DNA of 35,977 nucleotides from Dehalococcoidia bacterium (GTDB taxonomy: Bacteria; Chloroflexota; Dehalococcoidia; UBA6926): positions 1 through 35,977 of the forward strand of contig DAOUKW010000157.1 of the NCBI GenBank assembly GCA_034420915.1. The letters are read 5' to 3'. Below the pieces are notes generated by a model, which searched no databases, had not been told where the DNA came from, and worked only from the letters and a program-made list of their open reading frames with translations. Positions 13,587 to 21,989 of this stretch are shown here, piece by piece; position 1 is the stretch's first letter, and the number at the start of each line of letters is the position of its first letter. The position numbers and the translations under genes are program-made.

Positions 13587-13612
13587 ACCCTTCGACCACG
13601 CTCAGGGTGAAC
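13587..13612 (-). repeat. REP-like element, variant B (sense GTTCACCCTGAGCGTGGTCGAAGGGT), overlapping the epimerase stop codon
   Basis: The reverse complement matches the variant B consensus. Its TGA is the stop of CDS 13602..14591. Confidence 0.75.
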
Positions 13613-14591
13613 CGGGGTTGCGGCGGAGGGCGGCGACGGTTCGTGTGATGCCCTCGCGTAAGTCGATCTCCGGCGTCCAGCCGAGTTCACGTCGCGCTTT
13701 GGAAATGTCCAGGTAAATCCGACGCACGTCGCCCGGCCGTTCTGGCGCGTGGACGGGCGCGCGACTATATCCGTTTTCCTCTGCCAGCAGCGAAAAAATC
13801 TCGTTGACGGACGTTGGCGCACCGGCGGCAATGTTGTAGACGCCCCCCTGCGCCGCGTCAGAGCGTGCGGCGGCGAGTGTCGCGTTCACGACGTCATCAA
13901 CGTAAACATAATCGCGCTCCTGCACACCGTCGCCGTAAATGCTGACCTCTTCACCGGCGAGCATCCTCAAGCCGAAGATGGCTACGACCCCTGCCTCCCC
14001 GTGTGGGTTCTGGCCCGGGCCGTATACGTTGCCCGGGCGCAGAATCGTGTATTCAATGCTGTTAGCCTCGGCAATGATGCGGGTGTAGTGCTCCAGCGCC
14101 TGCTTGCTCGCTCCGTAGACGGAGAGCGGTTTGATGGGGTGCGATTCATCGCAGGGCAGGTACTCGGGTTCGCCATAGAGCGCGCCTCCCGTTGAGAACA
14201 GCACGACGCGCTTAACGCCGAATCGGACGCACTGTTGGAGCAAGTTGATGCCGCCGATCACGTTAGTGTGAATATCCAACTCCGGTTCCCGCATTGAGCG
14301 CGCAACTGAAATCTGCGCGGCCAGATGAAAGACAATCTCCGGTTGGTGTTCCGCAAATACATCCGCGATGGCAGGATCGGCGATATCCAGTTTGTGCAGG
14401 GGGACGGTAGACGCTTCCTGGCCATTCATCCGCGAAGATGAAAGATTATCAACGACGGTAACGTACCGGCCGTCACTGAGAAGGCGCTTGACCAGGTGCG
14501 AGCCGATGAATCCGGCTCCGCCCGTCACCAGTGCCCGTGGCTGACCGGGATCGTGCTCTGAAGTAATGCTGAACCTCCCGTGCTCCGGCAA
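13602..14591 (-). CDS. NAD-dependent epimerase/dehydratase (UDP-glucose 4-epimerase-like SDR)
   Basis: VTGGAGFIGSH Rossmann motif and YGASK catalytic motif. The start is uncertain: TTG 14591 lies 6 nt from tRNA-Gln and has no SD, and the only SD (GGGAGG) precedes an ATT at 14567. Confidence 0.85.
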   Translation of the reverse strand: MPEHGRFSITSEHDPGQPRALVTGGAGFIGSHLVKRLLSDGRYVTVVDNLSSSRMNGQEASTVPLHKLDIADPAIADVFAEHQPEIVFHLAAQISVARSMREPELDIHTNVIGGINLLQQCVRFGVKRVVLFSTGGALYGEPEYLPCDESHPIKPLSVYGASKQALEHYTRIIAEANSIEYTILRPGNVYGPGQNPHGEAGVVAIFGLRMLAGEEVSIYGDGVQERDYVYVDDVVNATLAAARSDAAQGGVYNIAAGAPTSVNEIFSLLAEENGYSRAPVHAPERPGDVRRIYLDISKARRELGWTPEIDLREGITRTVAALRRNPGSP

Positions 14592-14597
14592 TCTCTA

Positions 14598-14671
14598 TGG
14601 CTGCCCGGCCAGGATTCGAACCTGGGTCAGAGGATCCAAAGTCCCCTGTGCTACCACTGCACCACCGGGCA
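14598..14671 (-). tRNA. tRNA-Gln (anticodon TTG), CCA encoded
   Basis: Sense: TGCCCGG TG GTGC AGTGGTA GCAC A GGGGA CTTTGGA TCCTC TGAC CCAGG TTCGAAT CCTGG CCGGGCA G CCA. The U1-A72 pair is typical of bacterial tRNA-Gln. Confidence 0.9.
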
Positions 14672-14734
14672 AAGCCGACGTGCCCGCCCATCAATTCTGA
14701 GAGTAGACGGGTGGCACGCTCAGACCATCTCACT

Positions 14735-14820
14735 TGGTGCCGAAGGTCGGAGTCGAACCGACACGGGGTTGCCCCCAACGGTGTTTGAGACCGTCGCGTC
14801 TGCCATTCCGCCACTTCGGC
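14735..14820 (-). tRNA. tRNA-Leu (anticodon CAA), long variable arm, CCA encoded
   Basis: Sense: GCCGAAG TG GCGGAATGGCAGACGC G ACGGT CTCAAAC ACCGT TGGGGGCAACCCCGT GTCGG TTCGACT CCGAC CTTCGGC A CCA. Confidence 0.9.
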
Positions 14821-15017
14821 ATGGAACCGGTTAGTTCATTATGCGACAGTTTGAACTTGGCGGGCGAATCTAAAGCAACTCGATTTGCAGCAAGCGTCAA
14901 CTAGCGGCATTATTAGCTCTCAGTGGTAGGGAGGACGTGGATGGTAAGATTGCTAGTCGAGTAGTCTGCGGTATGGCATACTACCGATAATCCATATGGG
15001 TACCGTGGGAGGTTACC

Positions 15018-15359
15018 GTGCTGAAAGTCGATGCTGAAAGAGACCAGGTAACCGTCGTCGCCAAGACGGAGGGTAGGATAGACAGTGGAAGCGCGCAGGA
15101 ATTCCAGGCCGCGCTGGAGAACGTAATTCAGCCCGAGGATAAGGCTCTGATTATCGACTTCGAGAATGTGTCGTATATCAGCAGCGCCGGGATGCGAGTG
15201 ATCTTGCTAACTGCCAAGACTCTTCAGCGCCAGGGAGGACAATTAGCTTTGTGCTCGCTGACAGAGCCTATTCGCGAAGTGTTCAAGATTAGTGGATTCG
15301 ACAACATCATTGCGATCCACGAGACTCGGGCCGAGGCAGCAGCAGCCATCTCGAAGTGA
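15018..15359 (+). CDS. STAS-domain anti-sigma-factor antagonist (RsbV/SpoIIAA-like)
   Basis: 113 aa. GTG start 5 nt after GGGAGG. Phosphorylatable Ser context FENVSYISSAGMRVILL. Confidence 0.85.
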   Translation: MLKVDAERDQVTVVAKTEGRIDSGSAQEFQAALENVIQPEDKALIIDFENVSYISSAGMRVILLTAKTLQRQGGQLALCSLTEPIREVFKISGFDNIIAIHETRAEAAAAISK

Positions 15360-15435
15360 ATTGGAGGGGCCACGGGCCCGTTCAGTTATGGTCCGGCCTG
15401 CTCTCATTTCACCGCGAGCTCCTTGAGGGAGACTC

Positions 15436-16647
15436 ATGACCACTGACGTTTCCAGCGAAGACACCGAGCAGACTGAAGAACTGCAGGAAGATCAGCAAGG
15501 CTATAAAATCCTCGTCGTTGATGACGAGCCTGACCTTGAGCCCCTTGTCCGACAGCGCATGCGTCGGGAGATTCGATCCGGTCGGTATAGTTTCGTATTT
15601 GCCCACAACGGCGTTGAAGCCCTGAAAGAATTGGAAGACGACGACGACATTGATATGGTGTTGTCCGACATCAATATGCCGCAGATGGACGGGCTTACCC
15701 TGCTACAGGAAATTCCCAAAGCAAAACCCAATGTCCGCTCGGTCATCATCTCCGCCTACGGAGACATGCAGAATATACGCACCGCGATGAATCGTGGCGC
15801 GTTCGACTTCATAACCAAGCCGGTGGACTTTGACGATCTACGGGTTACCATTGATCGAACCCTCCGGCATATTCAGGAATTGCGGGATGCGCTTAGTGTG
15901 CGGGATCGCCTGGTTGCCATCCAAAATGAGTTGGATGTCGCAAAGAATATGCAGCAGTCTATCCTGCCAACGGTTTTCCCCACCGGCGCCGGGTATTCGG
16001 TCTATGGCACCATGCGCCCGGCGAGGAATATTGGAGGCGACTTTTTCGATTTGATGCGCCTCCAGTTCGACCGCATCGGACTGGTGGTTGCCGATGTGTC
16101 TGACAAAGGAGTTGCCGCGGGACTCTTCATGATGTCCTCCCGCACCTTGCTCAAGGGCGCCGCTGTGGGCAAAGGGCATCCCGGCGAAGTCCTGACGGAG
16201 GTCAACAGTCTTCTGGTTGAAGACAATGAAACGGGCATGTTCGTTACGGTTCTCTATTCCGTTTTCGATCCCCGATCCGGCCGACTAACCTATGCCAGCG
16301 GCGGGGAGAATCCGCCGGTGCTCATCCGCGCGGACGGCTCGTCGGAAGAACTTCCCCTTACTCAGGGAATCGTTCTGGGTGTTGCGCCGGAATATGAATA
16401 CATGGAAAACAGTGTGGACCTTGCGCCTGGTGACAGCGTTATTTTCGTGACAGACGGCGTCACCGAGGCCATGAATGAAGCTCAGGAACCGATGGGCATA
16501 CAGAGAGTCCGCGACCACTTTGCACAATCGCCGCCCCAAGATCCGGAAAGCACGGCTCTTGCTGTCATTGATGTGATTAAAGAGTTTGCCGGCTCTGCGG
16601 CGCAGCATGATGACATCACCTGTCTCGTTTTACGCAGGGACGACTAG
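15436..16647 (+). CDS. response-regulator receiver fused to a PP2C/SpoIIE serine phosphatase (RsbU-like)
   Basis: REC motifs ILVVDDEPD, DMVLSDINMP and FITKP. PP2C motifs NIGGDFFD, VADVSDKGVAAG and FVTDGVTEA. Confidence 0.88.
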   Translation: MTTDVSSEDTEQTEELQEDQQGYKILVVDDEPDLEPLVRQRMRREIRSGRYSFVFAHNGVEALKELEDDDDIDMVLSDINMPQMDGLTLLQEIPKAKPNVRSVIISAYGDMQNIRTAMNRGAFDFITKPVDFDDLRVTIDRTLRHIQELRDALSVRDRLVAIQNELDVAKNMQQSILPTVFPTGAGYSVYGTMRPARNIGGDFFDLMRLQFDRIGLVVADVSDKGVAAGLFMMSSRTLLKGAAVGKGHPGEVLTEVNSLLVEDNETGMFVTVLYSVFDPRSGRLTYASGGENPPVLIRADGSSEELPLTQGIVLGVAPEYEYMENSVDLAPGDSVIFVTDGVTEAMNEAQEPMGIQRVRDHFAQSPPQDPESTALAVIDVIKEFAGSAAQHDDITCLVLRRDD

Positions 16648-16656
16648 GACGCCACT

Positions 16657-17067
16657 GTGGACATCTCTATGACCATTGAGTCCAAGCACGATGAGTTGGA
16701 CCGGATTACTGCCGCCATAGAAGAACTCGGTGAAGAGAGCGGGTGGCCGCTTGATCTGACCTACAAGATCAACCTTGTTCTTGAAGAGCTAACCCTCAAT
16801 ATCATGAACTACGGCTACACTGACGAAGAAGTGCACTATATCGATTTATCCGTGAAGACAGAGGACGCCAAAGTTACAATAGAGATTGTCGATGATGGGC
16901 GGCCTTTCAACCCAATCAATGACGCGCCTCACCCCGACCTCGAGGGGCCGATGATGGATCGGCGAATCGGAGGATGGGGTATCCACATCGTCCGGACAAT
17001 CATGGATGATGTTTCCTACGTTCGGGCGGACAACAAGAACAGGATGAAGTTGGTCGCCAAACTTTAG
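16657..17067 (+). CDS. anti-sigma regulatory factor-type serine kinase (RsbW/SpoIIAB-like, HATPase_c_2)
   Basis: N-box-like LVLEELTLNIMNYG, G-boxes VDDGRPFNP and GGWGIHIVRTIMD. The start is GTG 16657 or ATG 16669. Confidence 0.8.
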   Translation: MDISMTIESKHDELDRITAAIEELGEESGWPLDLTYKINLVLEELTLNIMNYGYTDEEVHYIDLSVKTEDAKVTIEIVDDGRPFNPINDAPHPDLEGPMMDRRIGGWGIHIVRTIMDDVSYVRADNKNRMKLVAKL

Positions 17068-17080
17068 CGGCGAGGCTGGA

Positions 17081-18319
17081 ATGGTAAAGCCCAAGCTGGC
17101 CCGGATTGTGGTTGCCGTAGTCGTCGGAGCCGTGATGCTGCTGATCGGCTGTCTGCCGGAGATCGGCTTACCCGGAGAGGATGAGGTTTCAACTCCTGAG
17201 CCTGATGCTACTCAAGATCAGGCTGTGGAAACGCCGGGTGTCACACGTGATCAGGTTCTGTTCGGGCAGTCTGTCGATTTCGGTGAGATCGGTACAAGCC
17301 TCCAGATAGGAATTGAAGCTGCATTCAACGAGATTAATTCTCGGGGTGGGGTGAACGGACGCAAACTAAGCATCATCACGCTGGACGACGATTACGATCC
17401 GGCCAAAGCGCTGAGGAATATAGACCGTTTCATCGAAGAGGACCAGGTCTTTGCCATTCTCGGCTCAGCCGGCACCCCAACAGTCCGCGCCGTTTTACCG
17501 ATAGCGACAGAGCAAGGAATCCCGTTCATTGCCGCATACACGGGTGCGGAATTCCTGAGGGATGGCGCGCCGGACAATGTGGTAAACCTTCGCGCCTCAT
17601 ATAAGCAAGAGACGCAGGCGGTCATCGACTATCTCATTCACAGGCGCGGGGTAACACGCATTGGCTTGCTGTACCAGGACGACGCCTTTGGACGAAGTGG
17701 GTACGCGGGAGCGCGCGAGGCCCTCAGATCACACGATATGGAGCCCGTTGCTGTGGGGCTCTATACCCCGAATACGAATGCGATCAAGTCAGCCCTGCTG
17801 GACATTGTGCCGGCCCACCCGGAAGCCGTGTTGCTGATCGGTACATTTGAGCCTGCTGTGGCCATGATCAAATGGGCCAACCGAACCGGTATGCATACAC
17901 AGTTCTACACGGTTTCAGTGGCGGGTAACAGACGTCTGTTGGAACAGTTGGGAAACGGTGGCGCAGGAGTGTATGCAACACAGGTCATGCCCCTGGTTAC
18001 CGAGCAAACTGAACAGATTGTTGTGACCTTTGAGAACGCACTTCGCGCCTACGATGAGAACGCGGAAGCGAATGTCTATTCGCTTGAAGGGTATATTGCC
18101 GGCAGGCTTGCTGCCGTGGGCATTGCTGCCTGTCGCTTGGAACTGAGCCGGGAATGCTTCCTGCGGTCATTGCAGGACGCCCATTTACTCAGTATCGACG
18201 GATTCAGGCTGCAATTCGGGGAGAATGACAATCAGGGCTCGGACGCCGTCTATCTCACTGTGATCGGCGCTGATGGCGCTTATCACCCCGTTGAAACGCT
18301 GGTGGAGTCAGCATCATGA
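17081..18319 (+). CDS. periplasmic substrate-binding protein, branched-chain amino acid (LivJ/Peripla_BP_6)-type, lipoprotein
   Basis: Signal and lipobox VMLLIGC. Type I PBP pattern (FGQS..., GGVNGRKL, ILGSAGTP). Its stop overlaps the kinase start (ATGA). Confidence 0.8.
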   Translation: MVKPKLARIVVAVVVGAVMLLIGCLPEIGLPGEDEVSTPEPDATQDQAVETPGVTRDQVLFGQSVDFGEIGTSLQIGIEAAFNEINSRGGVNGRKLSIITLDDDYDPAKALRNIDRFIEEDQVFAILGSAGTPTVRAVLPIATEQGIPFIAAYTGAEFLRDGAPDNVVNLRASYKQETQAVIDYLIHRRGVTRIGLLYQDDAFGRSGYAGAREALRSHDMEPVAVGLYTPNTNAIKSALLDIVPAHPEAVLLIGTFEPAVAMIKWANRTGMHTQFYTVSVAGNRRLLEQLGNGGAGVYATQVMPLVTEQTEQIVVTFENALRAYDENAEANVYSLEGYIAGRLAAVGIAACRLELSRECFLRSLQDAHLLSIDGFRLQFGENDNQGSDAVYLTVIGADGAYHPVETLVESAS

Positions 18320-20652
18320 AGATTCCGTTGGTTGGAGCAATTCGCGGAGTGTTGCCAGGGGGTCGAGGACAGTCAGCCCCGGGTGATCGTGCCGGACAGG
18401 ACACTGAGTCGGACGAATGGCATGCCCCGCCCGTAAGGGGGATTTGGGGAAGGATCCTCGGGCGCATTCGCATTGCGACGCAGCTGTATCTCAGTATCGG
18501 CGGCGCGGTTATGCTCACCTTGTTGGCCAGCTTGGTGGCGTGGTTCTCGTTCAACAGCATTAACGATGCGCAGGATCAGGTAAATGAGGGTAGCGTGCCG
18601 GAACTGGCATCCGCATTCGGAATCGCCCAGTACGGACAGACCCTCGTCGCCGCCGCGCCAAGTCTGACGGCGGCGGACAACCGGCAGGAATTCCTGCGAG
18701 TCGTTGGGGAAATCGACTCCGCCTATGACGAGTTCGAGAGCCAAATGGCCGCGCTGGAAGCCCAGCCCGGTGTTGACCCTGAGCGTATCCGTGTCATCAG
18801 GGATTACGCGAACACCCTTCTCTCGAACATCGACTCCATTGCTGCGCAAACAGACGGCACCTTTGAATTGATTGATCTGCGCAGCACTCATCAAATCAGA
18901 CTCACCAATCTTGGGATCGAGCTCAACGGCGTCCTCGTTCCAGCTATAGACGACCAGTTCTTTTTCATCATGACGGGCTTTCCCAGCATTGACCAGAATC
19001 AAGCCCAAAGGCTCGAACATTTCTCAGAGGAGCAGGTCGAGAGGTATCGGCGTCTTGTTGAGATTCAGTCGGAAGTCAAGATTGGCGGTGAACAGTTGGC
19101 CAGCGCGTTCACTGCAACGGACCCGAGGCTCGTGGATTCCTTAAGAGCCGAGTTTGAGGCGGCGACGAACAGAATCGACCGTAATATGAACTTTCTCGTA
19201 GGTACGGAGATCCACGAGCAGGCCCAACCTATCTTGAGCGAATTCTTTGCCCTGGGCCTAAGCGAAGACGGAATCTATGATGTCGTCTTGCAATCACTCC
19301 AGATCGCGGGCGCTCAACGACAACTCCTTGAAAGTAACCGTGCCCTTTCGATTGAATTGTTGGCCGAAGTGGACGGCCTTGTCATAGCGTCACAGGAAGG
19401 AACCGTGACGGCGACGGCGGCCTCTGCCCAGGCAATACGCACCGGGCGGATCCTTTTGGTCGTCATCACGGCACTGAGCGTGGTTGGAGCGCTGTTGGTG
19501 ATCTGGCTTTTCATCGGGCGCATTCTGCTCCGCCGCCTGAATACTCTATCCAACCGCATGCAGAGCATGGCTGAAGGTGATCTGGAATCATCTGTCGATA
19601 TTGGCGGTCAGGATGAAGTCGCTGTTATGGCGTCCGCGCTTGAGGTCTTTCGGAGACACGCGCTGGAGGTTCAACGCCTGAATCTCGTGGAGCAGCTCGC
19701 CAATGAGTTGCAGGACAAGAATGAGGAACTTGAGGGAGTCCTGGGTGAACTGCGGCAGGCGCAAGGGCAGATCGTCCTTAGGGAGAAACTCGCCGCGCTG
19801 GGTGAGTTGACGGCCGGCGTCGCCCACGAAATCCGCAATCCGCTCAACTTCATGAACAACTTCTCAGAAGCGTCACAGGAACTTGTCGATGAACTCAAGG
19901 AAATCCTCGAAGACCCCAAATTTGAGTTGTCGGACGATCAGCGATCCTATGTCGACGAAGTTGTAGGTGACCTCCACGACAACCTTGGCAGGATCAAATC
20001 CCACGGTGACAGGGCCAATCGCATCGTCCACGACATGCTCCAGATTGGCCGCGATACCGGCGAGTGGGAACAGGTCGATATGAACATCCTTGTCGACCAA
20101 CAGTACCGCCTTGCCTATCACAGCCAACGCGCGACTGACGCTGACTTCAACCTGACCACAGAAGAGGACTACGATCCAAACATCGGGACGGTGGAAGTGA
20201 TTCCCCAGGAGTTGGGCCGCGTATTCCTCAATATGGTGGCGAATGCGTGCTATGCCACGGATCTTCGTCGCAAGAACCTGGCTGCCGAAGGCCGAGAAAA
20301 AGAGTACACCCCGATGGTATGGCTAAAGACGCGCCGTGAAGAGGACAAGATACGCGTCACGATTCGTGACAACGGGGTTGGCATGCCGGATGACGTGAAG
20401 GAGAAGATTTTCAATCCATTCTTCACCACAAAGCCGCCGGAAAAGGGGACGGGCCTCGGCCTTGCAATATCCAATGACATTGTCCGGCGGCATGGTGGAT
20501 CAATCTCGGTGGAATCGTCACCGAATGAGTTTACGGAAATGCACATTGATATCCCGCTTCAATCGGGGAAGGATCTCTTGGCGGAAGAAGAGGCTGATAG
20601 TCAGGGAGATGCTCCCCAACAGGAAGAGACCGCGATTGCTGCGGAGGACTAG
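18316..20652 (+). CDS. sensor histidine kinase (2 TM, ~300-aa periplasmic domain, HAMP, HisKA, HATPase)
   Basis: TM segments at LSIGGAVMLTLLASLVAWFSF and ILLVVITALSVVGALLVIWLFIG. HAMP (…MAEGDLESSVDIGGQDEV…), H-box HEIRNPLN, N/G boxes NMVANACYA, DNGVGMP and GTGLGLAI. No receiver domain. Confidence 0.88.
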   Translation: MKIPLVGAIRGVLPGGRGQSAPGDRAGQDTESDEWHAPPVRGIWGRILGRIRIATQLYLSIGGAVMLTLLASLVAWFSFNSINDAQDQVNEGSVPELASAFGIAQYGQTLVAAAPSLTAADNRQEFLRVVGEIDSAYDEFESQMAALEAQPGVDPERIRVIRDYANTLLSNIDSIAAQTDGTFELIDLRSTHQIRLTNLGIELNGVLVPAIDDQFFFIMTGFPSIDQNQAQRLEHFSEEQVERYRRLVEIQSEVKIGGEQLASAFTATDPRLVDSLRAEFEAATNRIDRNMNFLVGTEIHEQAQPILSEFFALGLSEDGIYDVVLQSLQIAGAQRQLLESNRALSIELLAEVDGLVIASQEGTVTATAASAQAIRTGRILLVVITALSVVGALLVIWLFIGRILLRRLNTLSNRMQSMAEGDLESSVDIGGQDEVAVMASALEVFRRHALEVQRLNLVEQLANELQDKNEELEGVLGELRQAQGQIVLREKLAALGELTAGVAHEIRNPLNFMNNFSEASQELVDELKEILEDPKFELSDDQRSYVDEVVGDLHDNLGRIKSHGDRANRIVHDMLQIGRDTGEWEQVDMNILVDQQYRLAYHSQRATDADFNLTTEEDYDPNIGTVEVIPQELGRVFLNMVANACYATDLRRKNLAAEGREKEYTPMVWLKTRREEDKIRVTIRDNGVGMPDDVKEKIFNPFFTTKPPEKGTGLGLAISNDIVRRHGGSISVESSPNEFTEMHIDIPLQSGKDLLAEEEADSQGDAPQQEETAIAAED

Positions 20653-20743
20653 ACCTGCGGTCTTCTCAATGAGGCGCTGTCAGTAAATCAGAGGAAGGGC
20701 AGCCCGGCGCCCTACCCATATATCGTTGCTCGCGTCCTGTTTG

Positions 20744-21598
20744 CTAGGACTTGGAGCCGGTGATGTCCTGGGAAACCGCAGGCGTGTCCCAGTCAGCTTC
20801 CTCATCCGGCGCAGCTGTTCTGAACGTGCCGACAAGATCCGAGACTCTGTGTTCCTCAAGATCGGCAGGAAGGCGTGCCAGGTTCACCGTAGACGGGAGC
20901 ACAATGCCGCCTGAGAAGACCAATTTCATCGCATCATCGGGATTGAGATTCGTTTCGATGACATCGTCTTCGAATACGAACGCCATGTTGCCGGATGTCG
21001 GATTCGGGATGGTTGGTATGTAGACGCTGACCATCGACGTGTGCGTCTCCGGGGAATACATTCGCCCGGTGACGAAGCCGAGAGCGATCATACCCTCGCG
21101 CGGCCACTCAATGAATACGACCCGGCTAAAGTTCGTCTTGGTGCTGCCGATGGAGGCCATCGCCTGCCTCATCATGTTATAGACGACCTTCACAATAGGG
21201 ATGGTGCCGAGAGCAGTGTTGAAACCGTTCATAACCTTGCGGCCAATTGCGAACGAGATCAGGAGGCCGAACAGGTAGAAGATAATTGCAAGAGTGATTG
21301 CGCCAACCCCCCAGAAGTCAAGGCCCAGGCTGAAATCACTCTCTCCTATGGTGATGTCGAGTGTGGGTAGATTCAGTAGCCGGATGAGCGGTCTGATCAG
21401 AGCGTCCGCATAGCCCACAAGGAACGCAACGGCGCCGATTGTGACAAGCAACGGGACAAGTTCAAAGAGGCCGTCCATGACACGTCTTTGAATGTGTTGC
21501 TCCACAGATGAGAGATTGCCCTTCTTGTCGGCTGTCCCCTCCTTCGTCGCCGAATTCGCGTCGTTGGGAGCTTCCATGCCACTATCATCCCTGCTCAA
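20744..21598 (-). CDS. DUF502-family membrane protein
   Basis: Two TM segments flanking a conserved region (…IPIVKVVYNMMRQA…, FIEWPREGMIALGFVTG, IPTIPNPTSGNMAFV), typical of DUF502. Confidence 0.75.
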   Translation of the reverse strand: MSRDDSGMEAPNDANSATKEGTADKKGNLSSVEQHIQRRVMDGLFELVPLLVTIGAVAFLVGYADALIRPLIRLLNLPTLDITIGESDFSLGLDFWGVGAITLAIIFYLFGLLISFAIGRKVMNGFNTALGTIPIVKVVYNMMRQAMASIGSTKTNFSRVVFIEWPREGMIALGFVTGRMYSPETHTSMVSVYIPTIPNPTSGNMAFVFEDDVIETNLNPDDAMKLVFSGGIVLPSTVNLARLPADLEEHRVSDLVGTFRTAAPDEEADWDTPAVSQDITGSKS

Positions 21599-21795
21599 CG
21601 GTCCACTCCCCTCTGTGCTTAATACGACCCGACCCCATCAACCCCTTCAATACAGATGGCGAACACCCCCACCTGTTAAGGCTTGTTAAAACCGTACTCT
21701 AGCATATGCGCCGTCCGATCAAGATGCGTTGTGGCGGGACTGGAAAAATAGAGGTGCCGCCCATGGCTAATAGGAGGTGTCAGAAGAGAGACTGG

Positions 21796-21820
21796 CGAGC
21801 CGCGCGACACACGCGGCTCG
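21796..21820 (-). terminator. GC hairpin downstream of tRNA-Thr (possible terminator)
   Basis: CGAGCCGCG / CGCGGCTCG 9-bp stem with a 7-nt loop, followed on the minus strand by a pyrimidine-rich CCAGTCTCTCTTCTG. Confidence 0.35.
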
Positions 21821-21834
21821 TTCTCGTTGTAACG

Positions 21835-21909
21835 TGGAGCCAGCGATCGGATTTGAACCGATGGCCTGCGGTTTACGAAACCGCTGCTCTACCCCTGAGC
21901 TACGCTGGC
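21835..21909 (-). tRNA. tRNA-Thr (anticodon CGT), CCA encoded
   Basis: Sense: GCCAGCG TA GCTC AGGGGTA GAGC A GCGGT TTCGTAA ACCGC AGGCC ATCGG TTCAAAT CCGAT CGCTGGC T CCA. Confidence 0.92.
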
Positions 21910-21989
21910 CTGAAGCATCTCACCAATCGGGGATGCAGTGAGCAAACACTGATTCAATTCTACCAAATGAGTCCTGTATCCTTGGGTGA

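Noticed and set aside
13504-13601. SAM or THF riboswitch upstream of metF
   Set aside because: The 98-nt spacer holds a REP element and shows no resemblance to the SAM-I, SAM-II or THF consensus segments I know.
14473-14834. ORFs 14473..14814, 14580..14834 and 14597..14788
   Set aside because: They run through the tRNA-Gln and tRNA-Leu genes, so the region is explained by two canonical cloverleafs.
15018-20652. A sigma factor or DNA-binding output gene for the partner-switching cluster
   Set aside because: I searched the translations of all ORFs from about 14800 to 21600 and saw no sigma-70 region 2/4 or HTH motifs. The absence is reported as part of the finding rather than as a feature.
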